From NCBI GenBank assembly GCA_030264375.1, contig JASCQW010000137.1, positions 22,324,920-22,388,919 on the forward strand: a stretch of 64,000 nucleotides of DNA, read 5' to 3'. Source of the DNA: Carcharhinus longimanus (Eukaryota). Positions 36,294-49,900 of the stretch are shown one piece after another. The notes below the pieces were generated by a model, which did no database searches, was not told the DNA's origin, and saw only the letters and a list, made by a program, of their open reading frames with translations. The stretch's first letter is position 1, and each line of letters starts with the position of its first letter. The position numbers and the translations under genes are program-made.

Positions 36294-39200
36294 ACTTCTG
36301 AAAGCTTGCCCCATGCGCTTCAATTTTTACACAACATTTGGAGTAAAATCCCATTGAATCCAACTTTGCTCCAATATAGCATCAGCAGTGAAATCCGCTC
36401 AAGGGCAGGAATTTGCCGGCAGATCAACATTACATCAATTATTTTATATCATGAAAATAGCTTTGACTCAGCCACTTCCTGAAATCCAACTGAAAATGAC
36501 TTAAGTTTAAGAAAGCTTAATATTGATTAACCTAGAAAGGACAATGTCCTGAAGTAATAATGAAACTCTCAGAAAGAAAAGGAAATCTGAAGGTTAGCCA
36601 TTGAAATAGATTTGTGACTCTTAGTAACCCAAAGAATTGACTTGAGGCATCAGTTCAGTCAGACTATTTGCAGAAAAATACATCAGGTTCCACTGGCAAT
36701 TATCTACTGACTGGCTGACTGAAAGATTGAAATGCAAAGTTGGAGGAAATACCCTCAGCTACATCCTTGGGGAGACAGGTTTTCAGCAGCACTTCTATTT
36801 CTGAACGCTAGATTTTCTGAGATCAATTTTTTTGATCTGTTTTTATTTATTTAAAAGTATTCTGTCTGTTGTCGCCTGAACAGCTCTTGCTCTGCAAATA
36901 AAGGCAGTCTGGGCACATTTTGCGGAGTTTCAAGTTACTATAGATATTTCGCACTTAAGATACCATAGCAGTTCAGATAAACCTTCAAACTGTGTTTGAA
37001 ATATGTGTTCTATACTGGGAAACTGTTAACCATGACCCATTAATAGTGCAAGCGAACTGTTGTGCTAAGTGATTTATTCCTCGGATCCACTCAGACTGGT
37101 ATTTTCACTGCCTCCAGAGTTCTTCCTGCCAAATCATGCTATTTGAGCAGCAAACTATGATACACTTACTGATTGTCATAGGAGATCATGCAGTGTCCAA
37201 ATCATTTGTCTTATCCATAAATTAGTATTACTGTCACTTATGAATCAAATCAAAAAAGCATGGAATATTTATAGTGTAGGATGAGTTTAGATTTTTTGTA
37301 TTCATATTTTCAAGAGGAAATTTTTTTTGGATTTGAGTTTCAGTCTAAATTTCAAGATTTGCAAACAAAGCACTGTTCCCATTCCTAAACTGAAGTTGTT
37401 TCCATATCATTCTACTTTCCAGAGCAATGAATACACAAAAAACAATGTGTATTTATCAGGCATCTTTTAATATAATGCTCCAGATTGCACTGCCATTATC
37501 CCAACTCTATGCTCCCCATCCCAAAATATTTAAAATTCCTGTCTTCAGCTTCTGTGTCTAATCTCCTACCAAAATGAGCAGGCACAGAAAAAAATGTGTC
37601 TTTATGTTGATTTTTGTAATGTAATAATCGTTTGTAATAATAATTTGACACTAAGCCGCATATAACAATATTAGGATAATGGCCAAAACATTAATCAAAG
37701 ACGTTTTAAGGATCACCTTAAAGGAAAAAAGGAGGTTGCTTTTGTAAGTCTTAGATGAAGTATGTTGTTGAACAAATTTGGAAAATAAGTTAATTAGCTT
37801 CAAACTGTGAACAGTAAATGAAGCAGTAATCACAAGGAATTTGTTACATTTTCAATAGCTGCATGGGTTTCATTAACGTAAGAGAAAATATCTTTGCAGT
37901 AACCCAACAAAGTGACCTCAACTCAGATTATTCCGTAATAAACAAATTCAAATCTATCTGACAATTAGTGCATTCCTTAATAAAGACTGTATTAAATTAT
38001 ATCGTTCTTCTATTTGAACTCATAGAGGATGAATCAGAGGCTGAAGTTATTGCTGATCATATCTATCTCCATAAAACACAGCTGTAATAATAATTGCACA
38101 TTTTATCAACAGTAATCCTCTGAGTCTAAATGTCCAAAGGGTGCATAATTTATTATCTTATTAATCAGTTGCTAAAAATAAGAAAATTATGTTGAACTTG
38201 ATGAGAGTGGCTAACTTACAAGTTCAATAATTTCCTCCCTATGTCAGAATATGACATGAAAAATATTTCTGTCTTCATCACATTAACTACATTAATGGAT
38301 ATAAATACAACAACAAAAATATCCGTTCTTAAACTTTATAATTTGTGCTGTTGCCTATGTCTGAATTAGAACACAAATCAGCAATGAGGAACTGTCAACT
38401 TGGGAAAGATATTTGGATTTTTAGTTTTCCTGACCTACCAGATCAGTGGGGAAGGGTGTCTCAGTTCTGTTTCAGAGCCCTGGAAGTAGGAGTTCACACC
38501 ATGAGTGTGACCCCACTGATAGATTTCCCACTTAATTGACAAGTTTGGCATCCAGTGGAGCAGTTTAGATGAAGGCGCACAACCAGGGAAATCTAGGCTG
38601 TCACTGTGGTTGGAGGTGACCCAATTCCAGGGTATGTGGAAGAATGTGGAGCTGATCCCACACTTTCTCTTGGGGAAGAGAGGTCCAATTCCTGCAGCAA
38701 GTTCCAATCCAGGGTCCCAAGGAAAAGAGGATGAGATAGGCCTGATGATGGGAGCTGTGGGGAAGGAGGTTGGATGCCTCGATGATCAAAAGGATCAGGA
38801 GGGTTTGGTGTTCAGTTACGGGGGGGTGGGGGAGAGGTGTGTTGGATCCTGTGGTTAAGTGGAAAGGCACTTCCCTCCCCATCCACGAATCTCTTGCATC
38901 AGTTTAGCTGATGGGTTTCCTGAGACCTCCTGAGAGTGAGTTGTCTGCCTCTGTTAAAACTAGAAGTTGGCGGGTTGAGTTTGAATTCAGGCTTTGCACA
39001 CTTTACATCACACTCCCCGCCCAAGCCGAAAGCCATCCACTTTTTTGGGAGTTAAAGTTCCCCCACACATTGCATTGAATGGAATACTCAATGAAGCTTG
39101 AGGATGTACAAATCCAGTTCAAAAATCAAAAGGATTTTCAATCTGTTGATTTGAGCAGGCTGGGTACTATTTCCAGAACACATCTGAATTCTTTTAGTTA

Positions 39201-40222
39201 GCAGCCAGTCCAAATCTAAGGAGCAATTTCACAACTTTTATTGATTTCTGTGAAAGAATTACTGATTTCAACAGGGAATTTAGCATATAAGATCGGGCTT
39301 TGCTTTCAATTGATGGAAGGACAGTTGTTTCTTCTTGGGTTCCCACTAGCACAGTTAAAGCCTCAGTGTCCCACAGATCAGATATCACCCAGTTGTTTCT
39401 GACATACAACCACCAGCTGCCAATGTTATTTTAAATTGCAGTGTTCTTCCCAATGTCATCAATTTACAGAATTACACTTCAGAGATGTGCAAATCTTTTT
39501 TCATACACTGACCTATGCTTTTTTCCTCTTCTGAATCTGACTGTCAGGAAACATGGTATTCCTGATATTGACTTACACTGCATTAAATGCGTCAATTGGT
39601 TACAGCTGAAGCCATTTCTTTGTGTTCTTTTTGGTGCAGCTGTGTTTTAATCAGAGGTTGATTGCGTATTGACAACCTGTTATCCAATTGCAGATAACTT
39701 TGCATGGAACCATTGAGTCATTTTGGCATATAAATAGGCCATTTGGTCCATCGAGTCCATGTGGCTCTCTGTAGAGCAATCCTGTCAATTGAACAAGTGA
39801 ACTTGACTAACTGAACTTAGATCAACAAAGTGTTAGCCCGTAGAATGCGGGCATATAAGTCAACACCACATGTAAGACAATCCCATTTTTTCAGCACCAA
39901 AGTATCTATTTTTTGCCTAACTTGGCATGTAAGTCAACCTTCCTCCCTCCAATGTCACAATTTTTAAACTAATAGATGCACAGTTAGGCCAAACTCCCAT
40001 TTGAATTTAACATCACTTTTTTCAGCTCAGAAATGCATCTTTTGGGTTACACTTGCCTTAAAAGTTATTGCATAGGATCAAGTAGAGAACATGAACCATT
40101 TCTCCAAAAGCATACGTGGGGGTTTCAAGACACATCCACGTAGAGCAAAGTGCATGAGAACCAACAAGCAGAAGTGGATCTTCCTGCACGAACACCAAAA
40201 GTTCACATTTTATACTTTACAT

Positions 40223-40408
40223 GAGTGTTTGGATATTTTTAAGACAGAGAGAGAGAGATTCTGGATAAGTAAAGAGGATGAAAGGTTATTGGGGGTAGGT
40301 GGAAATGAGGAGTTACAATTAGATCAACCATGATCTCACTGTATGGTGAAGCAGACTCAAAAGGCCAAGTGGCCTACAGAGTGGCTGCTAACTCCTTTGT
40401 TTGTATAT
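40223..40408 (+). mobile_element. CR1 3' end nested in MITE
   Basis: TTTAAGACAGAG..., AGATCAACCATGATCT and GGCCAAGTGGCCTAC tail. Confidence 0.7.
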
Positions 40409-40411
40409 ATG

Positions 40412-40602
40412 TTTGTATATGCAAAGGGTTAACATCAGGAGCACCTGATTCTGCTATAATCATGATATGATATCACATGATTAAGTAATTGGAAGGAAGC
40501 AGCAGGAGAACCTCGTGTGGAGGTTTACAGTCTATATAGAAATGTAAATAAACAAGAATGTATTTTATGAATTACAGACTAAGGTAGCTTTTGTAGGTAA
40601 CA
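40412..40602 (+). mobile_element. Short solo-LTR-like element
   Basis: TGT start, AAGGGTTAA, CACATGA, AATAAA and TAACA end. Confidence 0.35.
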
Positions 40603-41244
40603 GGCAAACTGTAAAGAAACCCCATCTTGTCGCCAAAGTCAACACAAAATAGTATAAGTCAACCCCTGCTTTTGGAAGGATTTTTTTGAAGCTTCAAAGA
40701 TTGACTTGAGCACCATGATATATGGTAATAACAAACAAAATCTCTATTTTCATTATTATAGAGATTGACTTTATTAGAAGCACTGCAAAAAATGCTCATG
40801 TTAATGCCTTGAATATGTACATGCTTGTACTAAAATTCCTGCACTTGAATCAACCAATTTTAGGAAAAATAATTAACTGAAGTTGAGGTATGACACGATC
40901 AAATGGTGTCTACCTTAAACAGTGACTGTAACATTCAAAGTCCAATTTGAAACAAATATGAAAAGTTGTTTCCAGTTCTTTTCTATGGTTCATTAATTGC
41001 TCTCATGTCTATTGAATAAAAAGCTTTCTTTTTAAATGTGTTCCTACCCAGTTAGTCATAGACAAATTTTTGATTCTTATCAAGATCCCTTCCCATCTAT
41101 CTCATCCCCCAATGTTTCCTATCAATCATTAGTCAATTCTTGGTGGACAGTCACCCCTACACTTAAGCATTTCCTTGAGTGCTGAGTGTGACCTCCAACA
41201 GCATTTCAAAACATTTCCTCTCCAAATAATTTTGCTGTTTTAAA

Positions 41245-41480
41245 GAAAGACTTGAGTTGAATTTGTATGGTGCTTTCCACTGACTCAGCTTTTCAAAGTG
41301 GGGACTTTATGTCCATTTAAGTGTTGTTGAAGTAGAGACATAGTTATAATTTTGAAAACAGGCAGTTAGGTTTATGCAAGTGTAGACTCTCTGAAATTGC
41401 AGTGTGATAATGAGCAGATAATATTTTTTTAAAATAATGTTGGTTTTGAATTAAATATTTACCAGCCCTTTTTGAAATCT
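41245..41480 (-). mobile_element. Deu-domain SINE (SacSINE1/AmnSINE1-like) relic
   Basis: GCAGTGTGATAATGAGCAGATAAT..TTTTT..ATGTTGGTT...TAAATATT and an L2-like tail, matching my recollection of the DeuSINE core. Confidence 0.55.
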
Positions 41481-41945
41481 GCATTTTGAAATTAACGCCA
41501 ATTGTACATTTTAACTGATAACACAGTGCTGCTTTCCATACAATTACACACACTTTCTCTTCATAAAAGTTGCCAAATATGCCATAGGTGATGAAATCAG
41601 GTTGTGGCTGTGGGCAGTTATAAGTTTCGATGGAATCTGTAACACAGAGGTAATTGGAAGAAAAAACATTACAGCTCCTTGAGTGCCTCAAGGTGTCATG
41701 ACTTAAAGTACTTATCAAACCTGGCTGACATAACTGTATGGAAAGATTTTGTAAACCAACGTTTGTGTCATGTTATGGATGGAAATGGTTGGGTAGAAAA
41801 CTTGGCTTGCTGTATTGTTTTTCAACCTTTCCCTGCCCATGCATTTTATAATATGCAGTGGAGCATTAATTTCCCCACCTGAAGCAATTTAGAACTGAGT
41901 GAACAGCTGCCTCTTTTTGTGCCAAAAACCTTTGACCTTGCTCGC

Positions 41946-42056
41946 GGCTGGGATTCTCCAATGCCGCTGCAGTGAATGGAGTTTTGGCTAAGTGCCAAAT
42001 TCTCCATTCTCAGTGGCAGCAAGGCAGAAAAGGACACAATTGGAGGATCCCGCTCC
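41946..42056. mobile_element. ~110-bp Harbinger-like MITE
   Basis: TIRs GGCTGGGATTCTCCAAT and ATTGGAGGATCCCGCTCC. Confidence 0.55.
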
Positions 42057-43199
42057 GATCTTCCTTTTGTGTCTTGATGCTGTAAATATGCAAACACCAA
42101 TCATTGTCTCGTAGTTTAGCAGATAAAATTTTGTAAACTTAATGCACCCAGATCGATTTCTATTCTTTGCACTCAGCATTATTTTGATAAGTAGTTTACA
42201 AGCGCAGGAAAAATTATTGTCCAAGAATTTGGCTGTCAAGAGGTTCAGTGTTGTACAAAAGATGAGAAACTAAGTGATTCAGTTAGAAACTGCTGGATGT
42301 TAGCAATGACATTGCAAGGTGCTAGTGTTATGATCACAGTAGAGATAAGTAACTTTTTTTAAAAGAAACCCAGCATGCTAGTTATTTTTGAAAAGAATTA
42401 AGCCACAAGTTTCCACAATTTACAACAGAAACAGTTTTACTATACAAAAATCAAGAAAGCAAACACTGAATACTATCTTGCATAACCTCCTACACACTAA
42501 CATCCACATTCAATGTAAATTAAACATGAATCAACAGGCAAATTGCAGTTGATAATAAATGATAAATTATGCATTAAATGGCATGAATTGGCTCAGCAGT
42601 CCACACAGCATATTGCTTATCAAATTCAGGGACAAAATCATTCAAAATTCTACCTTGATTATGAATAATTTTCAGCCCCCCTCCTTCTGAGATGTAACCT
42701 TATCCCCAGATGTTTTCCAGATCTGAGTTATAGCAGTGATTTTTCCTGTCCCACCTAACACGAGAATTGTCATGGGCAAATGGTGGACCATGGAAAGGTC
42801 CGCTGACCTCAGGATTTCCCAGTTTTGAGGTGAGCATGGCTGGAAAATCCAGTTCAGAGTTTCCATTCACTTGGAGAGTTAGCTTTCTTTCCCTGTGTCC
42901 ATTCTTGGTTTCCCTTTTCATTTTTTTGTCTTATTTCTATCTTCAATTCCTCAAAAAATGTTTTGAAAGCGCAGATTCCAACACACTGCAGATAACCAAT
43001 AATTCAGTGTTTTTATAAGTATTATCTTAGAGCGATTCAAGTGGTTCGAACCGCTGAACGGTTAAACATTTATTCTGAGTGTTTATTTAGACATGGAGGC
43101 TGAACCCAATCAGTCAACCAAACTGCAGAAAATGTAGGACAATGTACCGTACAACCGATGTACCATATCCCTTGCATTAAGTTGATTTTTCTCTACACT

Positions 43200-43520
43200 T
43201 TTTTTATTCATTTGTGGGACATGGGCATCACTAGCTGGCCAGCATTTATTGCCCATCCCTAGTTGCCCTTGTTCAGAGGGCAGTTGAGAGTCAACCACAT
43301 TGCTGTGGCTNNNNNNNNNNNNNNNNNNNNNNNNNNNNNNNNNNNNNNNNNNNNNNNNNNNNNNNNNNNNNNNNNNNNNNNNNNNNNNNNNNNNNNNNNN
43401 NNNNNNNNNNNNNNNNNNNNNNNNNNNNNNNNNNNNNNNNNNNNNNNNNNNAGGATTTGAACCCGGGTCTCCAAAACATTAGCTGAGTTTCTGGATTAAT
43501 AGTCTAGCAATAATACCACT
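43200..43520 (-). mobile_element. tRNA-derived SINE with LINE-derived tail (non-HE1)
   Basis: Minus-strand head GCGATGGCCTAGTGGTA...GGGTTCAAATCC. The tail AGGGATGGGCAATAAATGCTGGCCAGC matches 53005-53070. Confidence 0.8.
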
Positions 43521-43529
43521 AGGCCATCG

Positions 43530-43670
43530 CATCCTGGTGATGACTGTAACACTACGTTTTGTACTTTCTTGGTTCCTCCTCTATGAAAGGTATGCTTTGT
43601 CTGTATAGCGTGCAAGAAACAATACTTTTCACTGTATGCTAATACATGTGAATAATAAAACAAATCAAAC
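43530..43670 (+). mobile_element. Rex1/Babar 3' UTR
   Basis: GCAAGAAACAATACTTTTCACTGTATGCTAATACATGTG is the reverse complement of the tails at 21296 and 26553. Confidence 0.75.
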
Positions 43671-44308
43671 ATAAGGTATTAATATCCCTGCAGTGATATG
43701 CAAACTGGTTGCCGTTGGTCTTGGTTTTACACAGGGACATTTTTCTTGGTTTGTACCACTTTATAATGATTCCCCTTCATCAGAGCCACACCAAGATTAC
43801 ATGTTCATCTGTGATGTTTGACCTGCTAATACACCCATTTAAATTGTGAACTATAAGGAGCAACAAGCATTCATATTGTAAATACAGTAGTTTGTCTCCA
43901 ACATCTGTGTTTTTCCTGCAAAGTGGGACTCAATCTCAGCTGGCTTTACTTGGATGCAATACAAATGTAGTACTGGTAAGAGCAGAATCTCATTATTCTT
44001 TTGAAAGCACAACAACAGGCTTAGAGAGCAAAGTACATCCACACAAATGGACTCTTGATCTCAAGAAAACCCAACTTAAATTTAACAGGTGGGGTTACAC
44101 ACAAATAGATTATGTAACAGCTTGTTGGAACAAATGGCTGAGATTTTGCTGAAAGAATTAATGACCTTGATAAATTCCCATTCATTCGAGAATTTTACAC
44201 AAAATCTGATTGAAGGGAGCAACTGTATCTTAGTCTTATTTTTTACAGCTACGGTTTGATTTTAAAGTAACTTCCTCAATAATTATTTCTCAAGTTCTCT
44301 TACGTAGC

Positions 44309-44775
44309 AACATAGAAACATGGAAGATAGGAGCAAGAGGAGGCCATTTGGCCCTTTGTGCCTGCTTTACCATTCATCACGATCATGGCTGATTGTCCAA
44401 CTCAATAGCCTAATCCTAATTTCTCCCCATAACCTTTGATCCCACTCGCCTCAAGTCCTATATCTAGTCACCTCTTGAACACATTTAATATTTTGGCATC
44501 AACTACTTCCTGTGGTAATGAATTCCACAAGATCATCACTCTTTGGGTGAGGAAATGTCTCCTCATCTCCACCCTAAATGGTCTACATCGAATCCTCAGA
44601 CTGTGACTTCTGGTTCTGGACACACCCACCACCGGGAACATCCTCCCTGCATCTACCCTTTCGAGCCCTGGTAAAATTTTATAACTCTCTATGAGATTCC
44701 CTGCTTATTCGTCTAATCTCAAGCAAAAACAACCCTAACCTGGTCAACCTCTCCTCAAACATCAATCTCGCCTCT
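44309..44775 (-). mobile_element. CR1 LINE 3' fragment
   Basis: Same tail and body as 5633-5937, extending further into ORF2. Confidence 0.85.
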
Positions 44776-45159
44776 TCTTGAAGGAACTGTTCCCTTATTA
44801 GAACTTGGTAATATATCAGAATCTTTATCTTCATGGGGTGTTGCAGAGATTTTATCCTTACTGGGTGATGAAAGAGGGTTCTGATTTACTAGGATTGAGC
44901 AGTTGCAATCTCTAAATGATCAGCACCCATGAAGACAGATGGGAACCAGTTGTGAGGAACCCACCTACTGGGTACATTTATCAAGAAAAATACTTCATTT
45001 TGATATTTTATTTGCATGCCAGGACATTTTCATTCTAAAAACATACAATACTAAGCAGACCAAATTTGTCTTTTGGTGGCGTCACAATTCCTCAGTCAGT
45101 ACTTTTCTTCCATAATCCTTTCTTCTTTAGCTTAATTAAGTGAGTGAATAAAATCAGAA

Positions 45160-46190
45160 CATTCATGAATAAGGTCAGAGCATGCAAAGTCAGGGTCAAA
45201 GCAACAGAATGTTAGCTGGTTGAGATTGGAAGTAGAGGTTAGTTATTAAAGGTGGCAGTAGATAGGAAGCAGTATCCCACAAGGACTAATGCTGGGACCA
45301 CTGCTGTTCATAATTTACATCGATGATTTAGATTTTGGAATTAAAAGCACAACTTCTAAATTTGCAGACAACACTACATTGGGAGGGATAGTTGACACTG
45401 AAGACATCTATAGTAGGAGACGTTATTCAGCTGTCAGAATGGACATATAATTGGCAAATGAATTTCAGAATAGGTCATTGTGTTACATTCTGGTTTTCAA
45501 AAAAGAGTCGCATGTTACTTTCAAAATAAGAATCTAGCAGGAAAGCAAAGATCTGAGAGTACAAATATACAAGTCACAAAAAGTTACAGAGCAAGTCATA
45601 AAGATTATCGCAGATGCAAATCAAGCACTGGGGTTTATTTCTACCTGAAAAGAATTGCCAAATAGAGAAACTATCTGAAACTTATATCAAACACTGGTAG
45701 GACCACATTTAAAATGGTACGGTTCTAAGGTGGGTTTTTCTGGCCTCCCAATGTGTTTCCTGGCGGTGGGAGGCATTGTGCCATTTGCTGGCAGCTGACT
45801 TCTCTGGTCCCACTGCTGTTAATGGGATTTCTCATTTAAGTTACCCCCAGGCCACCAGGAAACCTCTGGGCAGGAGTGTGTTGAACCAGAGAATCCTTCT
45901 GCCAGAGAACAGAGAATTCTGGTCATAGCTATCATATTATACAAAGGATATAGGGGCAGTAAAGAGGGTGCAAAAAAGAATTGCAGGGATTATACCATAA
46001 TTGAGTAAATACCTATCAAGAAAGAATGAATAGTTCATGTTTTTTCTCACATGGGAAGAGAAAACTGAAGCTTGCTGAAGAGGGTCTATAAGATTGTAAA
46101 AGGTTTTGATAGAATTGTCACAGGGAGTATTTCCGCTTATGCAGAATTCGGAAAAGAAAATCATTGCGACTGTGAGTGAAAACAAATTAG
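45160..46190 (+). mobile_element. Old CR1 RT-domain fragment interrupted by a MITE
   Basis: [33 protein letters not shown] (RT motifs PQG..LGP and FADD). It resumes after 45925. Confidence 0.75.
45730..45925. mobile_element. Short Harbinger-like MITE inserted in CR1
   Basis: GTGGGTTTTTCTGG ... CAGAGAATTCTGGTC. Related to 14869 and 46275. Confidence 0.5.
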
Positions 46191-46621
46191 GCATTTTCAT
46201 AAAATAACATTCTAATCTTGCCCACTTTGTGGACGGGATTTTTCTTTCAGTACACAGCAAGTTTTGCACTCATTGGTGGCAGAATCTTACTGTCCTGCCA
46301 TTGTTAATGGGGTTTCCCATTCAACACACCCCTCACAGTTGGGATGACCACTGTGGAGGTGCATCATCAGCGGGACTATAAGATCCAGCCAGCATGAACA
46401 GGGGCAAGATTTTGGCATGTTTTTAAGTTTCAAAATTGAGTAGATTTTAAACATTTATTTCAAACTTCACATATCATACAACAAACGTTTGCAGCATACT
46501 TCACTGAGCCCAAATAGTGTCACTCCAAACCCACTGCCATAATATCCAAAAACTAGTAAACCACTCGTATGAATCTGGTGCCAGGTTATCTGTAGCCCAA
46601 ACTACTTAATGAAGTGAAATT

Positions 46622-47420
46622 GGGCAGAATTCTCCCAAAAGAATTTCTAAGTATTGTTTCCAATTGAAAACCATGGAAGTTCCAATTGAGAATTCCCACA
46701 ATTCAACCACACTTGGAAATTGCTTTTGGAACGTGGAGAGATTCTCACTGAATTCTCCCACACTTAGAATTTTTTTTGGAGTGGGAACTTGAAGATGCTG
46801 GCACAAACTGTCTCCTTGGAGATTGGGGGTGCGATTTTTAAAGGGCTCCAGTCAACCCTACACACAACCTGCATCGTAATGACCATGACCTGATTTAAAT
46901 ATGTTTTATTGTATTTACTTATGATTAACTTCCTCTCACCGTATATTGACACCCTGCCGTATATTCAAACTGCACCAATGGGATGTCACGCCGGTGCAGT
47001 TTACAATAAGTTAAACCTTGACGTGAACCTGTCATGGGAGTTCCCCCCACCCTCCACCCCTGCCCCCGGAAACATATAGATGTATATAGCCTCTGGGGAA
47101 GGGTGAAATGGCCAGGCAATGTACTGACACTACACTTTGGCACAGGTTGGCACTATGCCAACATGGTAGGGCCAATCTGTGCCAGGAGAAAATGCCAGTG
47201 GGAGGCTCATGGGGGACGGGAGGATTCATTTGTTTGTGGTGGTGGGAGGAGCAGACATGGGAGCTGGTGATGCCGGCGATGTCCATTTGGGGAGGGTGGG
47301 GGTGGGTGTCAGCATTCTCTCTGCTGGTGGGGGGAACAGGGTGTGATGTTCAAAGGGAAGTGTGGGTAGGAGGGGTGGTTGCTATCACTGGGGTGGGGGG
47401 GAGGGAGTAATCTCAACTCC
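46622..47420. mobile_element. Harbinger-like non-autonomous element
   Basis: Starts GGGCAGAATTCTCCC and has a GC-rich interior. Confidence 0.4.
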
Positions 47421-47989
47421 AATCTCGGAGGGAAACAGTAGAAGGCCTAGAAACTCAAAGACAAGGGGTTTATCATGAATATTCCCAAATCCTCTTCTCC
47501 TTTTCACAAATCTCCCAATTCCATCTTGCTTCAGAATTTCCTTCTAATTACTTCCTCTCAATAATTTCCCTCGGTGGCCAAGCCCAAAATATGATTACAG
47601 TTTCAATTAAGTTCTCCTTAGCTTTCCCTTTTACTCCTAGCTTACAAATTTTTAACTTGTGTATCTTGGCATTCGTACTTTACACCATAGTCAAAAATTT
47701 ACCTGGAATGTAATTTTGCAAGATTACAAAGGTAATACTTAGACTACCGTGAGTCCCTTTGCTACCCCACTACAAATACTTTCTATGTGTATTTTGATAA
47801 CTGGAATTGTTGCTATCTCTCCTGACTGGTAATATTCTTCCTGTCCTTGATTTGGTGACTAGAATGTTACATAGTATTTCCATAAGACCTGACCATGGCT
47901 TTTTACAGCAACAATTTAACTGGTTTGATTTGCCCTTTTTTTTGGTGAAAACAGACAAGTGCTTTATTTGTGTTTTTTTAAACTGCAAT

Positions 47990-48275
47990 ATTGTGGTTGT
48001 GTTACAGACTAGCACATCTAAGGTTCTTGAATTCAAATTCCACCATGGAAAGTTGCATAATTGAATTCAGCAAATTTGGCAGGGGGTGGACAGCAGATAA
48101 ATTGGCCATTGAAATTGAGATTATTGTATCCAAATAATCTGGTTTATTGAGTTCCTTAAGGAAATGGAGCCTACGACTATTTCTCTGTGACTCTCAACCT
48201 ACACAATGTGATTAACTCTGTTGCCCTTGAGATAATAAGTGCTGTTCTGCTGGCGTTCTCTACATCCCAAATCAA
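47990..48275 (+). mobile_element. Decayed copy of the 43200-type SINE
   Basis: tRNA-like head (TTCAAATTCCACCATGG), GTTCCTTAAGGAA and ATAAGTGCTG...ACATCCCA tail. Confidence 0.55.
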
Positions 48276-49046
48276 AGTTTTAAAGAGCCTTGTACAACTG
48301 ATTCAATCTGTGTAATCTATTTATCCATTATAATGCCTAAAACATTTCTTTGGATCAGTATACTGAATTACTACTTCATTTAACGCATTTTTACTAACTT
48401 TCTCAAGATAATAAGGTGGATATAAGTAACCAGGATCAATGGGTCTATCTTAACTTATCCCTTCAGAAAGCACTTTCAGATATAATTTAATTGCTCCTTA
48501 AACAACACCAGATTTTTGGTCCTCAGCTGCGCAGCTCATTGGATGTGCTGACCACCATTTGTGCAATGAGGCACTCTCCGGCATCAAGTAAGCTTTTGGG
48601 TTGACCTTTGCTGTGTTGTTTATTATCTTAATTGACTCTGGGACCCCCACCTTTACCTTTTCTTTAAAATAATGTTAAGCCCAAGATTTTGCAGCCTTTC
48701 TTTAGAACTCATTCCTCGGATGAATTATCAGCCTCTCAATTCCACCCTACACCAGCAAATGGACTTGAATGTCTCCCTTGTACTTCCGTAATCAATCCTG
48801 AACACACTATCATTTGGATCTTTAGTTCAAGGGCCATTTATTTTGTCAATTGTTGCTCTGCACTAACTCAATATCATCAGCACTGAATCAAATAATAACC
48901 ATACATTTCTCAACCTCACTTTGTTCCAATTCAACTTTATTCTTGGACTGCCTGTGCAATTTCTTTCTATGTACAATATTTTATAGTTTTACGTGTTAAA
49001 TTTAATTTGCCACCGCTCCAACCACCTACAGAATTCTGAGTTATAA

Positions 49047-49900
49047 GGGGACATTCTCAGGTCTGCTAACTCCAATCACGAATCACAATGGCCCACAGAA
49101 TTGGGCATCAGCATGGCACCAAATCTGTTGCGAGGCTCCCAGCCCTGCCTGCCAGCCCCTACTGGGTTCCCGCCCATCGTGGGGATGGGGATTGGGGGCT
49201 GGACATGGAAATTAAAGTGACCTGGCCACTTAAGAATTTACAAGGCTGACAGGCAGGAATGCAGATCACAGGAGTGCTTAAATCACCATTCCAAGGGTGA
49301 TCTTCAGGTCTGTGAGGGCTAGAAGGGGCAGTCTGGCCGTGCTACCCCATCCTGGCAGAGAGTGGCAAGGTCAACTTGCTCGCAGCCTGAGTCCATCCCC
49401 AACTCTCAGGACCCTTCATTTTCAGCCTGGCATCAGCAGAGGGGCAAATGGCCACTGGGCCTACCTCTTCGAACTCCCTTGGGGCTCAAGATGCCAAGCC
49501 AGGGTTCAGTGTCAGGATGCCAGGTTCAGTGCATTGTTGGCACTGCCAAGGCACATGGTCTGAGGGGAGGTCTGATTGGGGGGATCTGAGGGAGGTCACC
49601 TTAATGTCTGCATGATGTGTGGGACAGGAGAGGGAGATGACCCGTTATTTGTGGGTGGGGGGAAGATACCCTCTGGTGAAGAACGTGTGGCGCTCTCCTG
49701 GTCAGTGGAGGGGACACCATTTAAGCTTTTGTGGGAAGGGGGCTTATCTGCAAGCTTGGAGATCAGGGTACCATAGCTTGGTGTTGGAATAACAGGGCTG
49801 GCCAGCAGATTGTCCACTGTGTATAAATTAGCATCAATCAGGTGGGAGAATCCTATTTACTGGCTTGGGCACTTAGTCTCAATTCAGGAGAATTGCAGTC
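49047..49900. mobile_element. GC-rich Harbinger-like non-autonomous element
   Basis: Ends GGGGACATTCTC and GGAGAATTGCAGTC. The interior composition resembles 15482-16403. Confidence 0.4.

Larger units (their letters stand above)
39838..40725. mobile_element. Tc1/mariner-pogo (Tigger-like) MITE with nested insertions
   Basis: Imperfect TIRs CCGTAG...TAAGTCAAC and TTGACTT...ATATGG, TA on the right flank, and repeated internal TAAGTCAAC. Confidence 0.5.
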
